DNA of 64,000 bases from a bacterium. Its GTDB lineage: Bacteria; RBG-13-61-14; DATKZS01. The notes under the pieces were generated by a model. The model ran no database searches. It worked only from the letters and a program-made list of their open reading frames with translations, and was not told where the DNA came from. Positions 20,273 through 30,285 of this stretch are shown here, piece by piece. The stretch spans positions 1,550,739 through 1,614,738 of the forward strand of contig CAXXFL010000001.1 of the NCBI GenBank assembly GCA_963674965.2, given 5' to 3'. The translations under genes were made by a program, and so were the position numbers. The number at the start of each line of letters is the position of its first letter. Position 1 is the stretch's first letter.

Positions 20273-22700
20273 CTTGTTCCGCCTTTTTCTTTTTTTCCTG
20301 GGCCACCTTCGCCGCGGGCTGGGGGTAATCGGGCCTTTGATGGTATATGGCCCCCAGCGTCGTGTTGAAAGACCTGGCGATCTCGTGCAGGTTCTTAAGG
20401 GACAGGTCGCACTCGTCGAGCTGGCCGTCGATAAAAAACCGGTTGATCTGTTTTTGTACCAGTCCCTGCAACTGCGCCGCGTTCGGGTTCCGCAGGGTCC
20501 GGGCCGCCGACTCGACCACGTCGGCCAGCATCAGGATGGCCGTCTCCCTGGTTTGGGGCTTGGGTCCGGGATACCGGAAATCGGTTTCCTCCACCGGCAC
20601 GCCCGTCTCGTTCAGTTCCTTGGCCTTCTCGTAAAAGAAATTCAAAAGCCCGGTCCCGTGGTGCTCGCGAATGGCGCTTATCACCATCTCGGGAAGGTTG
20701 TGGTTCTCGCCCATTTCCACTCCGTCCTTGACGTGGGAGTGGATGATCAGGGTGGACATGGAGGGCGAAAGACGGTCGTGGGCGTTGCTTCCGTCCCATT
20801 GGTTCTCGGCGAAGTACAAGGGCTTGTTCATTTTGCCGATGTCGTGGTACATGGCGCAGACCCTGGCCAGTAGTGGGTTGGCCCCGATCGACTTGGCCGC
20901 GGCCTCGGCCAGGTTGGCCACCATCAGGCTATGCTGGTGCGTTCCCGGGGCCCTGAGCGAGAGGTCCTTTAACAGGGGATGGTCCTGGTTCAATAGCTCC
21001 AGGAGCTTGATGTCGGTGGCGTAACCGAAAAGGCTCTCGGCCACCGGGACCAGCCCCGTAACGATTATGGCCGTGAAAACGCCTCCCGCCAGGCCGAAGA
21101 CGCCGTTTAAAATGATCACGTTAATAAGCGCGCCGTCCAGGTTGAGGAGCTTCACGTTGATCATGCTGATCACGAGGATGAGGAGGAAATTGACCAGGCC
21201 CAGCTTGACGCCCGCCGTGATAATGGCGGACCTTTGCCTGCATTGTCTTACCTCGCCCGCGGCCACGGTGGCCCCGATCATGGTATAAAGGGCGAAGGTC
21301 ACGCTGTTGTCGGCCACCATTCCCCCCAGGGCCGACAGGATCACGGCGAAGATAAGGGAAACCTCGGAGTTGAGCACCATCCTCACCAGCATGGCCGCGG
21401 CGGCGAGAGGAACAAGATAGAAAAAGTTTACGCCCTCGCCCAGGTCGTAAAGCTCCTTGATGGCCGGACCGCCGAAGAGCTCCGTCAGCTTAAGCGCGCC
21501 AAGGGCCAGCACCATGGTCAGGCCGAGAAAAATAAAGTCCTTGGGCTCGAGGAAGAATTTCCTGATGTTTTTCCTCGAGAATGAAACCAGGGAGGCGTTA
21601 AATAAAATGATCAGTGATACCAGCCCGAATTCCTCGAAGCCCCGCGTGGTCGGGCTGGTCCGCGCCGCCAGTATAATGTCGATTTTCTTTTTCTTTTCCT
21701 CGGTGATCCGGTCCCCGGAGCGGGCGATTACCTCGCCCTTGGTAAACTTGTAGTAAATGGGTTTAACCGACTCCCGGGCCTCGGCCTTGGCCTCCTCCGT
21801 CTTGTCCTTGTTAAAGGTGAGGTTGGGGTCGAGAAGGCCCTTGGCCATCCGAGCGACCAGGTCTTTTTCCTCGGCGCTGAGCTTTTCAATATCCTTGGTT
21901 ACCGACTTCTCCACCATCTCCTGGCCGATCCCGAGGTCTATTACCTGCTCGAGGTTGGCTATCTTGACGGACGGCTTGTCCGCCGGCGCGTTGATGGTCC
22001 GAGCCAGGATGCCCTTTTCCCTGTCCTTGAGCAGGAGTTCCCTGTTGGGCACCACGTATCTTTTCGAGCCCGGCTCGCCCGCGTAGACCACGTCGATGAG
22101 CTTGAGCGTGGCTTTTTCCAGGTCGGGGGAGAAGTGATATTTCTTAAGCGCCTCGAGGTCGTCCGTCGAGAGGGCCAGGCCCAGGGACTTGAGAAGTTCC
22201 TGTTCCTTTTCCGGCCTGAAGGCGGGAGGAACGGCGATGGGGGTTTCCGGCTCGAGGACCGTGTCGCCTTCCAGGATTTCGGGTATTTCCGGCTCGGGCG
22301 GATAAAGCTCTCGAAAGCCGTTGTAAAACTGGGAAACGCTCGACTTGATCGCGTCAGACACGGCCGGGTCCCAGTCATAAACGCTAAGCGTCCTGGCCTC
22401 GGCCTCGGCCCTGTTCTTTTCGGTTCCCTCCTCGTCGATCACCTCCTGATCGCGGGGGATTTTAAAGTCGCGCAGGGCAATGGGAGGATCGGAGTTGGAA
22501 TAAACGGCGCGGTCGATTTTTTCCCTGGGATGGCTGATGATGAAAAGGATGGCCATGGCGCAAAGGACGTTAATGATCCAGGCGACGGTAATGGGCCGGA
22601 AAAGGGCCAAGGCCCTTCTAAGCCTGTGGCGGGGACGCCTGGACTCGCCGGACAGCTCCAACGAGGAAAGCTTCCCGGCCTTATCACCGTTCTTGGCCAT
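20172..22700 (-). CDS. 7TM-HDIG membrane phosphohydrolase (PgpH-like; possible c-di-AMP phosphodiesterase)
   Basis: Extracellular domain, 7TM region, APGTHQHSLMVANLAE, YHDIGKM, EHHGT, FRYPGPKPQTRE, MLADVVE; phoH-HD-ybeY-lnt synteny. Confidence 0.9.
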   Translation of the reverse strand: MAKNGDKAGKLSSLELSGESRRPRHRLRRALALFRPITVAWIINVLCAMAILFIISHPREKIDRAVYSNSDPPIALRDFKIPRDQEVIDEEGTEKNRAEAEARTLSVYDWDPAVSDAIKSSVSQFYNGFRELYPPEPEIPEILEGDTVLEPETPIAVPPAFRPEKEQELLKSLGLALSTDDLEALKKYHFSPDLEKATLKLIDVVYAGEPGSKRYVVPNRELLLKDREKGILARTINAPADKPSVKIANLEQVIDLGIGQEMVEKSVTKDIEKLSAEEKDLVARMAKGLLDPNLTFNKDKTEEAKAEARESVKPIYYKFTKGEVIARSGDRITEEKKKKIDIILAARTSPTTRGFEEFGLVSLIILFNASLVSFSRKNIRKFFLEPKDFIFLGLTMVLALGALKLTELFGGPAIKELYDLGEGVNFFYLVPLAAAAMLVRMVLNSEVSLIFAVILSALGGMVADNSVTFALYTMIGATVAAGEVRQCRQRSAIITAGVKLGLVNFLLILVISMINVKLLNLDGALINVIILNGVFGLAGGVFTAIIVTGLVPVAESLFGYATDIKLLELLNQDHPLLKDLSLRAPGTHQHSLMVANLAEAAAKSIGANPLLARVCAMYHDIGKMNKPLYFAENQWDGSNAHDRLSPSMSTLIIHSHVKDGVEMGENHNLPEMVISAIREHHGTGLLNFFYEKAKELNETGVPVEETDFRYPGPKPQTRETAILMLADVVESAARTLRNPNAAQLQGLVQKQINRFFIDGQLDECDLSLKNLHEIARSFNTTLGAIYHQRPDYPQPAAKVAQEKKKKAEQDGAGNKERGKAEGKDERKKDSEEPEDHIKRLGM

Positions 22701-23685
22701 CTCCCTCCTCCTCGACTACCTCTTCGTCGGATTTCTTGTCCTCATCCTCGTAGGCCCGGATGATCTTTTGTACCAGGGGGTGTCTTACCACGTCCTTTTC
22801 CGTGAACTCCACGAAGTTAATGCCCTCGATGCCCGAGAGGATTACCTTGGCGTGTTTGAGACCCGACCTGGCTCCGCGGGGAAGGTCGATCTGGGTCACG
22901 TCTCCCGTCACCACCGCCATCGAGTCGAACCCCAGCCGGGTAAGAAACATTTTCATCTGGGCCCGCGTGGTGTTCTGCGCCTCGTCGAGGATAACGAAGG
23001 CCTTGTTCAGACTCCTTCCCCGCATGAAGGCGAGAGGCGCGACTTCTATGACTCCCCTTTCCATCAGCATGGTCGCCTTTTCAATATCTATCATATCATA
23101 AAGAGCGTCATAAAGCGGCCTTAAATAGGGCGAGACCTTTTCCACCATGTCGCCGGGAAGAAATCCCAGCCGCTCGCCGGCCTCGACCGCCGGCCGGGTC
23201 AGGATGATCCTGGCCACCTGGCCGTTCATCAGGGCCTGGACCGCCATGGCCATGGCAAGATAGGTCTTGCCCGTCCCGGCCGGACCGATGGCGAAGACCA
23301 CGTCGTTTGTCTCGATGGCCTCGATAAAACGTTTTTGCGCGACCCCTTTAGCCACGATGGGCTTCCTGGTCCCGCCCAAGGAAACTCCCTTTTGGTAAAG
23401 CCGGTCCAGCCTTACCTTCGGGTCGCCCTCCACCAGGCGGAAGGCCGGCTCGATGTCGGAGAGCTCGATGTGGTACCCACGTTTAATCAGCCGGGAAAGT
23501 TCTCTTATCAGCCTCTCGACCGTGACGACCTGGTTTTCCTGGCCAAGAACGTCCACCACGTTTCCTCTCGCGCGTATATCGACGGAGGACAAATCCTCGA
23601 TTCTCTTCAAGTGTTTGTGATGCTCTCCGAAAAGAGAGCGAGCCAACTCGTTGTCCTCCAGCACTATCCGTCTAGTCGTTTCCAT
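22684..23685 (-). CDS. phoH: PhoH family ATPase (YbeZ/PhoH-like)
   Basis: GPAGTGKTYLA, RPAVEAGERLGFLPG, APLAFMRGR, ILDEAQN, GDVTQIDLP, DVVRHPLV. Confidence 0.95.
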   Translation of the reverse strand: METTRRIVLEDNELARSLFGEHHKHLKRIEDLSSVDIRARGNVVDVLGQENQVVTVERLIRELSRLIKRGYHIELSDIEPAFRLVEGDPKVRLDRLYQKGVSLGGTRKPIVAKGVAQKRFIEAIETNDVVFAIGPAGTGKTYLAMAMAVQALMNGQVARIILTRPAVEAGERLGFLPGDMVEKVSPYLRPLYDALYDMIDIEKATMLMERGVIEVAPLAFMRGRSLNKAFVILDEAQNTTRAQMKMFLTRLGFDSMAVVTGDVTQIDLPRGARSGLKHAKVILSGIEGINFVEFTEKDVVRHPLVQKIIRAYEDEDKKSDEEVVEEEGDGQER

Positions 23686-23747
23686 GCGTATGGTTTTTTC
23701 TACCCCCAGGTCCGCTCGGCCGCCCGGCCGTAAGCTTTGCGCCGCGC

Positions 23748-24851
23748 CTATTCGGGTTCGCTTTTTCGCTCGCCCTCTGGAATCGGCGCTATAAGCCGCG
23801 CTCTTTTTCCGTCCTCATCCACCTCGTATTCCATGTCTCCCCAGGCGGTCTTGACGTCCTTTTCGCTTATTTTGCCTTCCTCTACCAGTCGCTGAAGCGT
23901 TTCCGGGTAAAAACCGCGCTCGGCCGCGTATTCCGACAGGGCTTCTCCTACCACGTCCTTTTTATAAAGGGTCCACAGGGTCTCCACTGCCGCGTTTCCT
24001 GGCTCCTCTATGTCTGGATGAAAGGTCCTTTCGAGCATCCGGTAAGAGCCCGTTCCCAAAGCCGCCAAACCGACGATAATGATGATAACCGAAGCGGCCG
24101 TCATCGCCAGGGCTACCATATCTCTTTGTTTTTCCTCGCTCTCCGCGGCTACCAGCTTGACCCGGCCCTCCTCGATCAACTCCTTTAGTATCTTGAGGGT
24201 TTCGAACCTGCCCATGCGGGTCAGGAAAACGACGTCGTCGGCCGAGCGGGAACCGTTAATGAGCCTGTAAACCTGATTGGACTCCTCGCTCAGCCTGCTT
24301 TCCGGGCCGAATTCCCCCGGGACCTTGGCCAGGGCGGTGAGGGGGTTGGGGATGGCCTTCTCGATCAGGGGCCATTCGTCCTTTATGCGGTAGCCGTCCA
24401 TGAGGACCTGCTCGGAGGCAATGGGGGTGGTCCATTGCTGAGGGTAAGTAACCGGACCCGACTCGAACGAATAGTTGCCTTCGGTCCATAAAAAAAGGCT
24501 GTAGATGGTCTCGAGGTTGGCCAGGGTTACCATCCTGGTCAACTCGTCTATCTCGATTTCGCCCGAGTTGAGAAGTACCTGCTCGAGGGGTTTAAGACTA
24601 TGCTGGGCCTCCTTGCGGGCCGCGTTCATCTTTTCCTCCGGAATCATGCCCGACCTTGCCAGCATGGTCGCCAGGTCGAAAGATTCCTTGAAGGGGTCGT
24701 GACGGGCGAGCACGATGTTGCCCTGGTCTATCAGTATCTCGACCTTCCTCGACTTGTCCTCCACGAGAAGGACCCCGCTTTTCTTCTGGTGACCGATCAT
24801 CTGAAGAATCTCGGAAATGCCGAAGTCCCTCACGCTGCCCGTTAAAGCCAA
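23748..24851 (-). CDS. DUF4388 (PatA-N) domain membrane protein
   Basis: MALTGSVRDFGISEILQMIGHQKKSGVL, LFLWTEGNYSF, LMDGYRIKDEW, winged-helix-like segment, one TM near the C-terminus. Confidence 0.8.
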   Translation of the reverse strand: MALTGSVRDFGISEILQMIGHQKKSGVLLVEDKSRKVEILIDQGNIVLARHDPFKESFDLATMLARSGMIPEEKMNAARKEAQHSLKPLEQVLLNSGEIEIDELTRMVTLANLETIYSLFLWTEGNYSFESGPVTYPQQWTTPIASEQVLMDGYRIKDEWPLIEKAIPNPLTALAKVPGEFGPESRLSEESNQVYRLINGSRSADDVVFLTRMGRFETLKILKELIEEGRVKLVAAESEEKQRDMVALAMTAASVIIIIVGLAALGTGSYRMLERTFHPDIEEPGNAAVETLWTLYKKDVVGEALSEYAAERGFYPETLQRLVEEGKISEKDVKTAWGDMEYEVDEDGKRARLIAPIPEGERKSEPE

Positions 24852-24854
24852 AAG

Positions 24855-26768
24855 CTACCTCCAGACGTCCAGCTTGGGCCGAAGCATTAACAAGGACAAA
24901 ATGGACAGGATAATGTAACCCGCGACCATGACTATTAATGGCCCGGAAACGCCGCCCTGATATTGGGCTGGAGGACCGGGCCAGGTAAGAAATCTCGTGA
25001 GCCACGCGGCGGGCAGGGACAAGGACAACGCCATGAGAAGGGAACCGACGCCAGCGTATCCCAGCGCGATATGGCCTGACCCGGGCACGAGTAAAGACAG
25101 TACCATGGCCGCTCTTGACCAGTTGTCGCGGTAACGCTGGGCCTCGGAGCGTTTTTGCATTTTTACTTTCAGGTCCACGCCGCTTTGCCCCCTGAAAACG
25201 TAATAGCAGGGCGAGCATATGGAGGGGTCCTTGGCCTGGGGCTCGCAACGAAGACAGATGGGTTTGCCGCAGGATGCGCACCGGTGGCTGATCTGCCATT
25301 TTTTACTCAGTATTTTTATGATAAAGACCAGGGCGAACAGCGCCGCCGCCGAGGCGGCAAAGGTCAGGCCCGGGGGCGGCCCCATCCATTTATGCCAAAG
25401 GGCCGGGCCCGCGGCTCCCGCCATGGCCGATCCCCTGACGCTCCTTTCCCAGACCAGCGAATGGGGAGCGGGCAGATTGGCCATGATCCGGTTGAGCTTT
25501 CTTTGCTGGGCCCTGTATCTTAAAAACTCGAGTCGGGGCTCGTCTATGCTCTGGGCCCTCGAGTATTCCTCTTCATACCTCAGCATTTCCTCGGCTTCAT
25601 TGTGATACTGCGCCAGATTGAAAACCACCTCGACCACGCTCTCGCCCTTGGACTCGGCCAGCGACAAGGCCCGGTAAACGCTCTCGAGGTCGCCGTTGGC
25701 CAGGTATATCTCCGCCAGGTTGTTATAGGCGGCCTGGCCAGCGGCCGGGTCCTCCGACAGGGCCCCCTTGTAGATATCGGCCGCCCGGTTGAACTGGCCC
25801 CTCCTCTGAAGGAACTGGGCCAGACTGAACTGGACGAGGGCGTCGTCGGGGTCCTTTTCAAGGGCCTTTTCCAGTATCTCCATTTCTTCATCGTCGGCGA
25901 CCCCGTTCCTTATCTCGAGAGCCGCCGAAAGTACGTCGTCGGAAACGTTGGCCGCCAGGACGGCGTATTTTTCCATGAGAAGAGGCGTCGGTACAAGCGC
26001 TAAAAGGAAGAGGTACACTATGACCCTTTCCGAGCGTTTCATGTAAATGGATAGAAGTAAGAACCACCAGGCGATAAGGTATTGCCAGGAAAGGGACGCG
26101 GCCAGGGGAAGCATGAAAGCCACGCCGCCCAGAGGTATCGCCGGCCAGTGGGGCACTCTTTTACGGGGCAGGAAATCCCCGAAATCGTGCATAAAAAGAA
26201 CGCCGTACCTGGCGATCATGACCAGTCCGAAAAGCATGCCGAACAGGAACAAAAAGGCCAAGGGAAAGGAAAGGGCCCTGGCCATTCCGCGATAAAGGAT
26301 GGGGAAGTCGTCGGCAAGGGCTCCGACCGCGTCCATGTACGAGCCGATCGCCTCTCCCGGTTTTATCTGACCTCCGCCCAGATTATATCGGGCCAGGGAC
26401 AAATGCACCATAACCGAACTCGGAGACAACTCCGCCGATTTCTCGATCAAAAAGGCGGCCGTCTCGTGATCTCCCTGCTTTTTTAACCTCTCGGCCCAGC
26501 GAAGGAGAACGATGGAATACTCGGGAAGGTCTCCAAGCGCCCCGTCATATTTATCGTCCAGGGCCTCGGCCAAGTCGTTTTTGGCGTCTCCGTATTTTTC
26601 CTTTTCCATATGGAGAAGGAAATCGTCCCATTTGTCCAGGAACCTGCTCCAGGCCATTCCGGGAGTAACCAGCTTGATGGGCGCCATCTCCGACTTCGCT
26701 CGAGCGGGAGCGAAGAAAAGAGAAAAGAGCATCCCCAAAAGAATGACAAATAACCGTCCCCGTCCCAT
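24855..26768 (-). CDS. Membrane protein with TPR repeats and a Cys-rich zinc-ribbon-like motif
   Basis: TPR-like repeats (AAYNNLAEIYL, VVFNLAQY), several TMs, CASCGKPICLRC...CSPC, SLLVPGSGHI; start uncertain. Confidence 0.72.
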   Translation of the reverse strand: MGRGRLFVILLGMLFSLFFAPARAKSEMAPIKLVTPGMAWSRFLDKWDDFLLHMEKEKYGDAKNDLAEALDDKYDGALGDLPEYSIVLLRWAERLKKQGDHETAAFLIEKSAELSPSSVMVHLSLARYNLGGGQIKPGEAIGSYMDAVGALADDFPILYRGMARALSFPLAFLFLFGMLFGLVMIARYGVLFMHDFGDFLPRKRVPHWPAIPLGGVAFMLPLAASLSWQYLIAWWFLLLSIYMKRSERVIVYLFLLALVPTPLLMEKYAVLAANVSDDVLSAALEIRNGVADDEEMEILEKALEKDPDDALVQFSLAQFLQRRGQFNRAADIYKGALSEDPAAGQAAYNNLAEIYLANGDLESVYRALSLAESKGESVVEVVFNLAQYHNEAEEMLRYEEEYSRAQSIDEPRLEFLRYRAQQRKLNRIMANLPAPHSLVWERSVRGSAMAGAAGPALWHKWMGPPPGLTFAASAAALFALVFIIKILSKKWQISHRCASCGKPICLRCEPQAKDPSICSPCYYVFRGQSGVDLKVKMQKRSEAQRYRDNWSRAAMVLSLLVPGSGHIALGYAGVGSLLMALSLSLPAAWLTRFLTWPGPPAQYQGGVSGPLIVMVAGYIILSILSLLMLRPKLDVWR

Positions 26769-27002
26769 TGCCCGGATTTGGCGGCCCTCCCTCAATAAAA
26801 TAGCCGGATCGAGTATCGAGGACCAGCCGCGCAAAAGCGCTCGGCTAAGACCCGGTAAAACCCAATCCGAGAAAATCTCCCTAGAGATATCATAATCGGA
26901 CCAAGATGGCAATACCTGAAAGCCATTGAAGGCGCGCGAGGCAAAAAAAGGGCCCCCCTATTTCGTCCAATCAGTCCGGGTTGGCCAAAAAGGCCGGGGG
27001 CG

Positions 27003-27031
27003 TTGACAAATCAAAACCAATCCTTTATATT
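27003..27031 (+). promoter_or_regulatory. Sigma70-type promoter for the slt-pgsA genes
   Basis: TTGACA (27003-27008), 17-nt spacer, TATATT (27026-27031). Confidence 0.6.
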
Positions 27032-27086
27032 AATCATATATTTAAACGTTGAAAAGCGGCTTAGCGAGGCGGCTGGGGGGTTGATT

Positions 27087-27719
27087 ATGCGAATGCTCAA
27101 GCGAAGGCTGGTTTGGTCCGTTCTTCTTTTTTTACTCTTCTTGTCTTACGCGGCCGGCGAGGCGGCGGTATATTTCTACGTCGACGAAAACGGCGTAACT
27201 CATTTTACCAACCGTCCGGCCGGTCCTGAATACTCGGTGCTAGATATCTGGGAAGACGGCGGTGGAGACCCCACCGTCATCCACCTTGACCCCTATTATA
27301 ATGAAATTATCCAGGATGCCTGCGCTTATTACAAGGTGGACCCGCTTTTGGTCAAGGCCATGATCAAGGTCGAGAGCAATTTCAACCGCTGGGCCGTCTC
27401 GAGGGCCGGGGCCCAGGGACTTATGCAGCTAATGCCGGCCACGGCCCGAAGATTCAACGTGAACGACCCGTTCCATCCGGTGGAGAACATCTGGGCGGGC
27501 GTTTACTACGTCAAGTATTTAATGGTGCTTTTCAACTACGATATCGACCTGGTGCTGGCCGGGTACAACGCCGGCGAGGGAGCGGTAAAGAAATACGGGG
27601 GCATTCCACCTTACCGCGAAACCCAAGGATACGTGAAAAAGGTGAATTATTACTACCGCCTTTATCAGAAAAAAGCGCCCAGGTTCGAGGCCCCCGCCAA
27701 GACCGGGGCCAAAAAATAA
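27087..27719 (+). CDS. Lytic transglycosylase (SLT domain) with N-terminal DUF4124
   Basis: YFYVDENGVTHFTN, AMIKVESNFN, AVSRAGAQGLMQLMP, AGYNAGEGAV, PPYRETQGYV. Confidence 0.92.
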   Translation: MRMLKRRLVWSVLLFLLFLSYAAGEAAVYFYVDENGVTHFTNRPAGPEYSVLDIWEDGGGDPTVIHLDPYYNEIIQDACAYYKVDPLLVKAMIKVESNFNRWAVSRAGAQGLMQLMPATARRFNVNDPFHPVENIWAGVYYVKYLMVLFNYDIDLVLAGYNAGEGAVKKYGGIPPYRETQGYVKKVNYYYRLYQKKAPRFEAPAKTGAKK

Positions 27720-27826
27720 TCTGGGTCTCCAGGTCAAGGTCGCGGCTCTATTCCCGGTAGGGGCAAACAAACTCGCGGAACCCGGCCGCGGCAAAGCCGT
27801 CTTAGTAATGGCCGTCGGAAAATATC

Positions 27827-28468
27827 ATGAATGACGAACAGAAAAAAACCCCCATTTGGAACATAGCCAACTACCTGACCATGGCCAGGATCGTGGCTAT
27901 CCCCACCTTTATTGTACTGCTGCTTCTTGTCGAGCCGGAGAAAAGCCACAAGGGAGAATGGCTCAACCTGATTCCTCCCTCTCCCGTCGGGAACAATCTG
28001 GCCTATTGCTTCCTGGCGGCCCTGCTTTTTACGGCCGCCAGTATAACCGACTACCTGGACGGATACCTGGCCAGAAAGTACGACCTGGTGACCAACCTGG
28101 GAAAGCTGCTCGATCCCCTGGCCGACAAGCTCCTGGTTATCGGGGCCATGATAATGCTGGTCGAGCTTCACCGACTGCCCGGATGGATGGCCCTGGTGGT
28201 CATCAGCCGCGAGATAGGAATTACCGCGTTGCGTGGAATAGCCACGGAGCAGGGAGTGGTCATCGCCGCGTCGCAACTTGGAAAATACAAGACCGCAACC
28301 ACCCTTTCCGCCCTGGTGGCCATGATACTCTACTATAAGTTCCCGATTTTCATTTTCGCCGAGGTCAACAGCTACGCCGTGGGCATGGCCCTCATGACGG
28401 TGGCCGTGGGACTGACCGTATGGTCGGGTCTTGACTACTTCATGAAGTTCTGGAAGCACATGGTCTGA
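27827..28468 (+). CDS. pgsA: CDP-diacylglycerol--glycerol-3-phosphate 3-phosphatidyltransferase
   Basis: NIANYLTMARI, TDYLDGYLARK...TNLGKLLDPLADKLL, SREIGITALR, GKYKT. Confidence 0.93.
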   Translation: MNDEQKKTPIWNIANYLTMARIVAIPTFIVLLLLVEPEKSHKGEWLNLIPPSPVGNNLAYCFLAALLFTAASITDYLDGYLARKYDLVTNLGKLLDPLADKLLVIGAMIMLVELHRLPGWMALVVISREIGITALRGIATEQGVVIAASQLGKYKTATTLSALVAMILYYKFPIFIFAEVNSYAVGMALMTVAVGLTVWSGLDYFMKFWKHMV

Positions 28469-28593
28469 CCGGGGATACCGCGACGCGGGGCGCGGCCCTG
28501 ATTATTCTGCTATACTTTCTATAAAGCGCGCCGGAGAGGGCGCGTTTTTGTTAAACCACTCGTCCGATCTTCGCGGGCGCAAGGGGAGAGAAA

Positions 28594-29373
28594 ATGTCTT
28601 ATAACCCCCGAGGAAGGGGACCGGGAGGCTTCGGCGGCTTCCAGGGCGGAGGTTTTGGAGGCGGCTACGGCGGCCCGCAAATTCAGTTCGGGTTCGCGCC
28701 CATGACCCCCACGGTCAAGTATCTTATCATCGCCAACGTGGCGGTATTTTTCGTAACCTTTGTTTTTCGCAAATTGGCCCTTCCCTTCGTGCTCGTGCCC
28801 GCGGCCGTTTTTCCCGGCCTCCAGGTCTGGAGGGTGGTTTCATACATGTTCCTGCACGTGGGCGGGTGGCACCTCTTTTTCAATATGTTCGCCCTTTACA
28901 TGTTCGGAAGCGCCCTCGAGCAGATTTGGGGAAGAAACAGGTTCCTCACCTTCTACTTCCTCTGCGGGATCGGGGCCGGCGTCATTTGCGTTCCCTTTTA
29001 CATTCTGGCGGGAGAACCTCTCGCCGTCATCCTGGGCGCCTCGGGCGCGATATACGGCGTGTTCGTGGCCTTTGGCCTGATATATCCGAACGCTCGGGTG
29101 CTTTTCATGTTCCTTATTCCCATCAAGGTCAAACATCTTATTATCATCCTTATGGCCGTCGAGTTCGCCACCACGGCGTCCTACGCCCAGGGCAACACGG
29201 CCGTCACCGTCGCCAGCGTGGCCCACTTGTCCGGCGCCGCCATCGGCTATTTCCATCTGCGGGGCCTGATGGATTTAAAGGCCTATTGGCAAAAGCTGAA
29301 AACGGGAAGAAAGAAAAAGGCCTATCGCGTGATCGACTCGGACGACGAGGAGCGGGGACGCTGGCTGCACTGA
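28594..29373 (+). CDS. Rhomboid family intramembrane serine protease
   Basis: WR..SYMFLH...HLFFNM, catalytic GASGA, AHLSG; Gly-rich N-terminus. Confidence 0.92.
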   Translation: MSYNPRGRGPGGFGGFQGGGFGGGYGGPQIQFGFAPMTPTVKYLIIANVAVFFVTFVFRKLALPFVLVPAAVFPGLQVWRVVSYMFLHVGGWHLFFNMFALYMFGSALEQIWGRNRFLTFYFLCGIGAGVICVPFYILAGEPLAVILGASGAIYGVFVAFGLIYPNARVLFMFLIPIKVKHLIIILMAVEFATTASYAQGNTAVTVASVAHLSGAAIGYFHLRGLMDLKAYWQKLKTGRKKKAYRVIDSDDEERGRWLH

Positions 29374-30228
29374 TTACTCATCGCACTCCTGAGTGTCGTC
29401 GGGACCGTAAACGTGGTAGTAATCGGCGTCGTCCACGCGGTCGACCCACATGTCCAACTCCGCCATGTTGCCGACCTTATAGGTCACCAGGCGCGGCTTT
29501 TGAAAGACCGCGTCCTCGAAGGGAGTGGTTACGCTTATCTGGAAGTTGGCCATGTAGCCCTCGCCATCCCCTTGAACGAGGTTGAGCTCGGCGCTCTCGA
29601 GACGATCGTCGTTCGTCACGTAATTGAAGCTGTCCGAGCCCAGCCGCCACCGGATTTCATCCTCCGACAACTTGCCCGTCTTCTCCGAGTCCAGCTTGCC
29701 GCCAAAGCTGAAAGTGACGGTGCCGTAGCCGTACTCGTCGTAATGTATTACCGAGTCCGTTCCACCCCGCCGGTTCCTTTTCGCCTGCATGGAGGGACGT
29801 TGGCCGAGGTCATCGAAAACGTCGGAGGCGTCGATCTGCCAGACGGGGTAGGAATACTTCTGCATCTCGAAGCTGGATATGTCCACGTCCACCCCGCTCC
29901 ATTTCGCCTGGTCCGTCGTCTGGTAGATATCAAGCCTGTCCATGCCCTCATAGCCCGGGACCTTGACGTTGAACTCGACCACGTCCGAGGAACCGGGGTC
30001 GATAAAGTACTCGGCAATACCGCAGCGCGGGCCGCCAGCCGAGCGGCCCGGCTTTTTGTCTTCCACGTTGACGGGCTTGGCCTCGAGCGTGTCGCCGGCG
30101 ATATTCGAGGCCCCCGCGTCGTCGTAGTCGTACTCGCCCGGCGACTCGGGCCAGGTAAGAAGCTGATACGTAATCGTGCCCAATAAGGCTATGGCTATAA
30201 CGATAAGGGGTATCCATCTTTTATCCAT
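29374..30228 (-). CDS. Hypothetical membrane-anchored exported protein (paralog of the next gene)
   Basis: N-terminal TM anchor, acidic soluble domain, RBS GGAGG before ATG 30228; colinear similarity to 30286-31173. Confidence 0.75.
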   Translation of the reverse strand: MDKRWIPLIVIAIALLGTITYQLLTWPESPGEYDYDDAGASNIAGDTLEAKPVNVEDKKPGRSAGGPRCGIAEYFIDPGSSDVVEFNVKVPGYEGMDRLDIYQTTDQAKWSGVDVDISSFEMQKYSYPVWQIDASDVFDDLGQRPSMQAKRNRRGGTDSVIHYDEYGYGTVTFSFGGKLDSEKTGKLSEDEIRWRLGSDSFNYVTNDDRLESAELNLVQGDGEGYMANFQISVTTPFEDAVFQKPRLVTYKVGNMAELDMWVDRVDDADYYHVYGPDDTQECDE

Positions 30229-30285
30229 TGCCCTTGCCTCCAATGGGGCCGCAACGATAGCGTCCGCCCGGCCGCCGCCAAAAAA

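Noticed and set aside
28469-28593. tRNA after pgsA, a common arrangement
   Set aside because: No cloverleaf, T-loop GTTCRA or CCA end; only a short GC hairpin.
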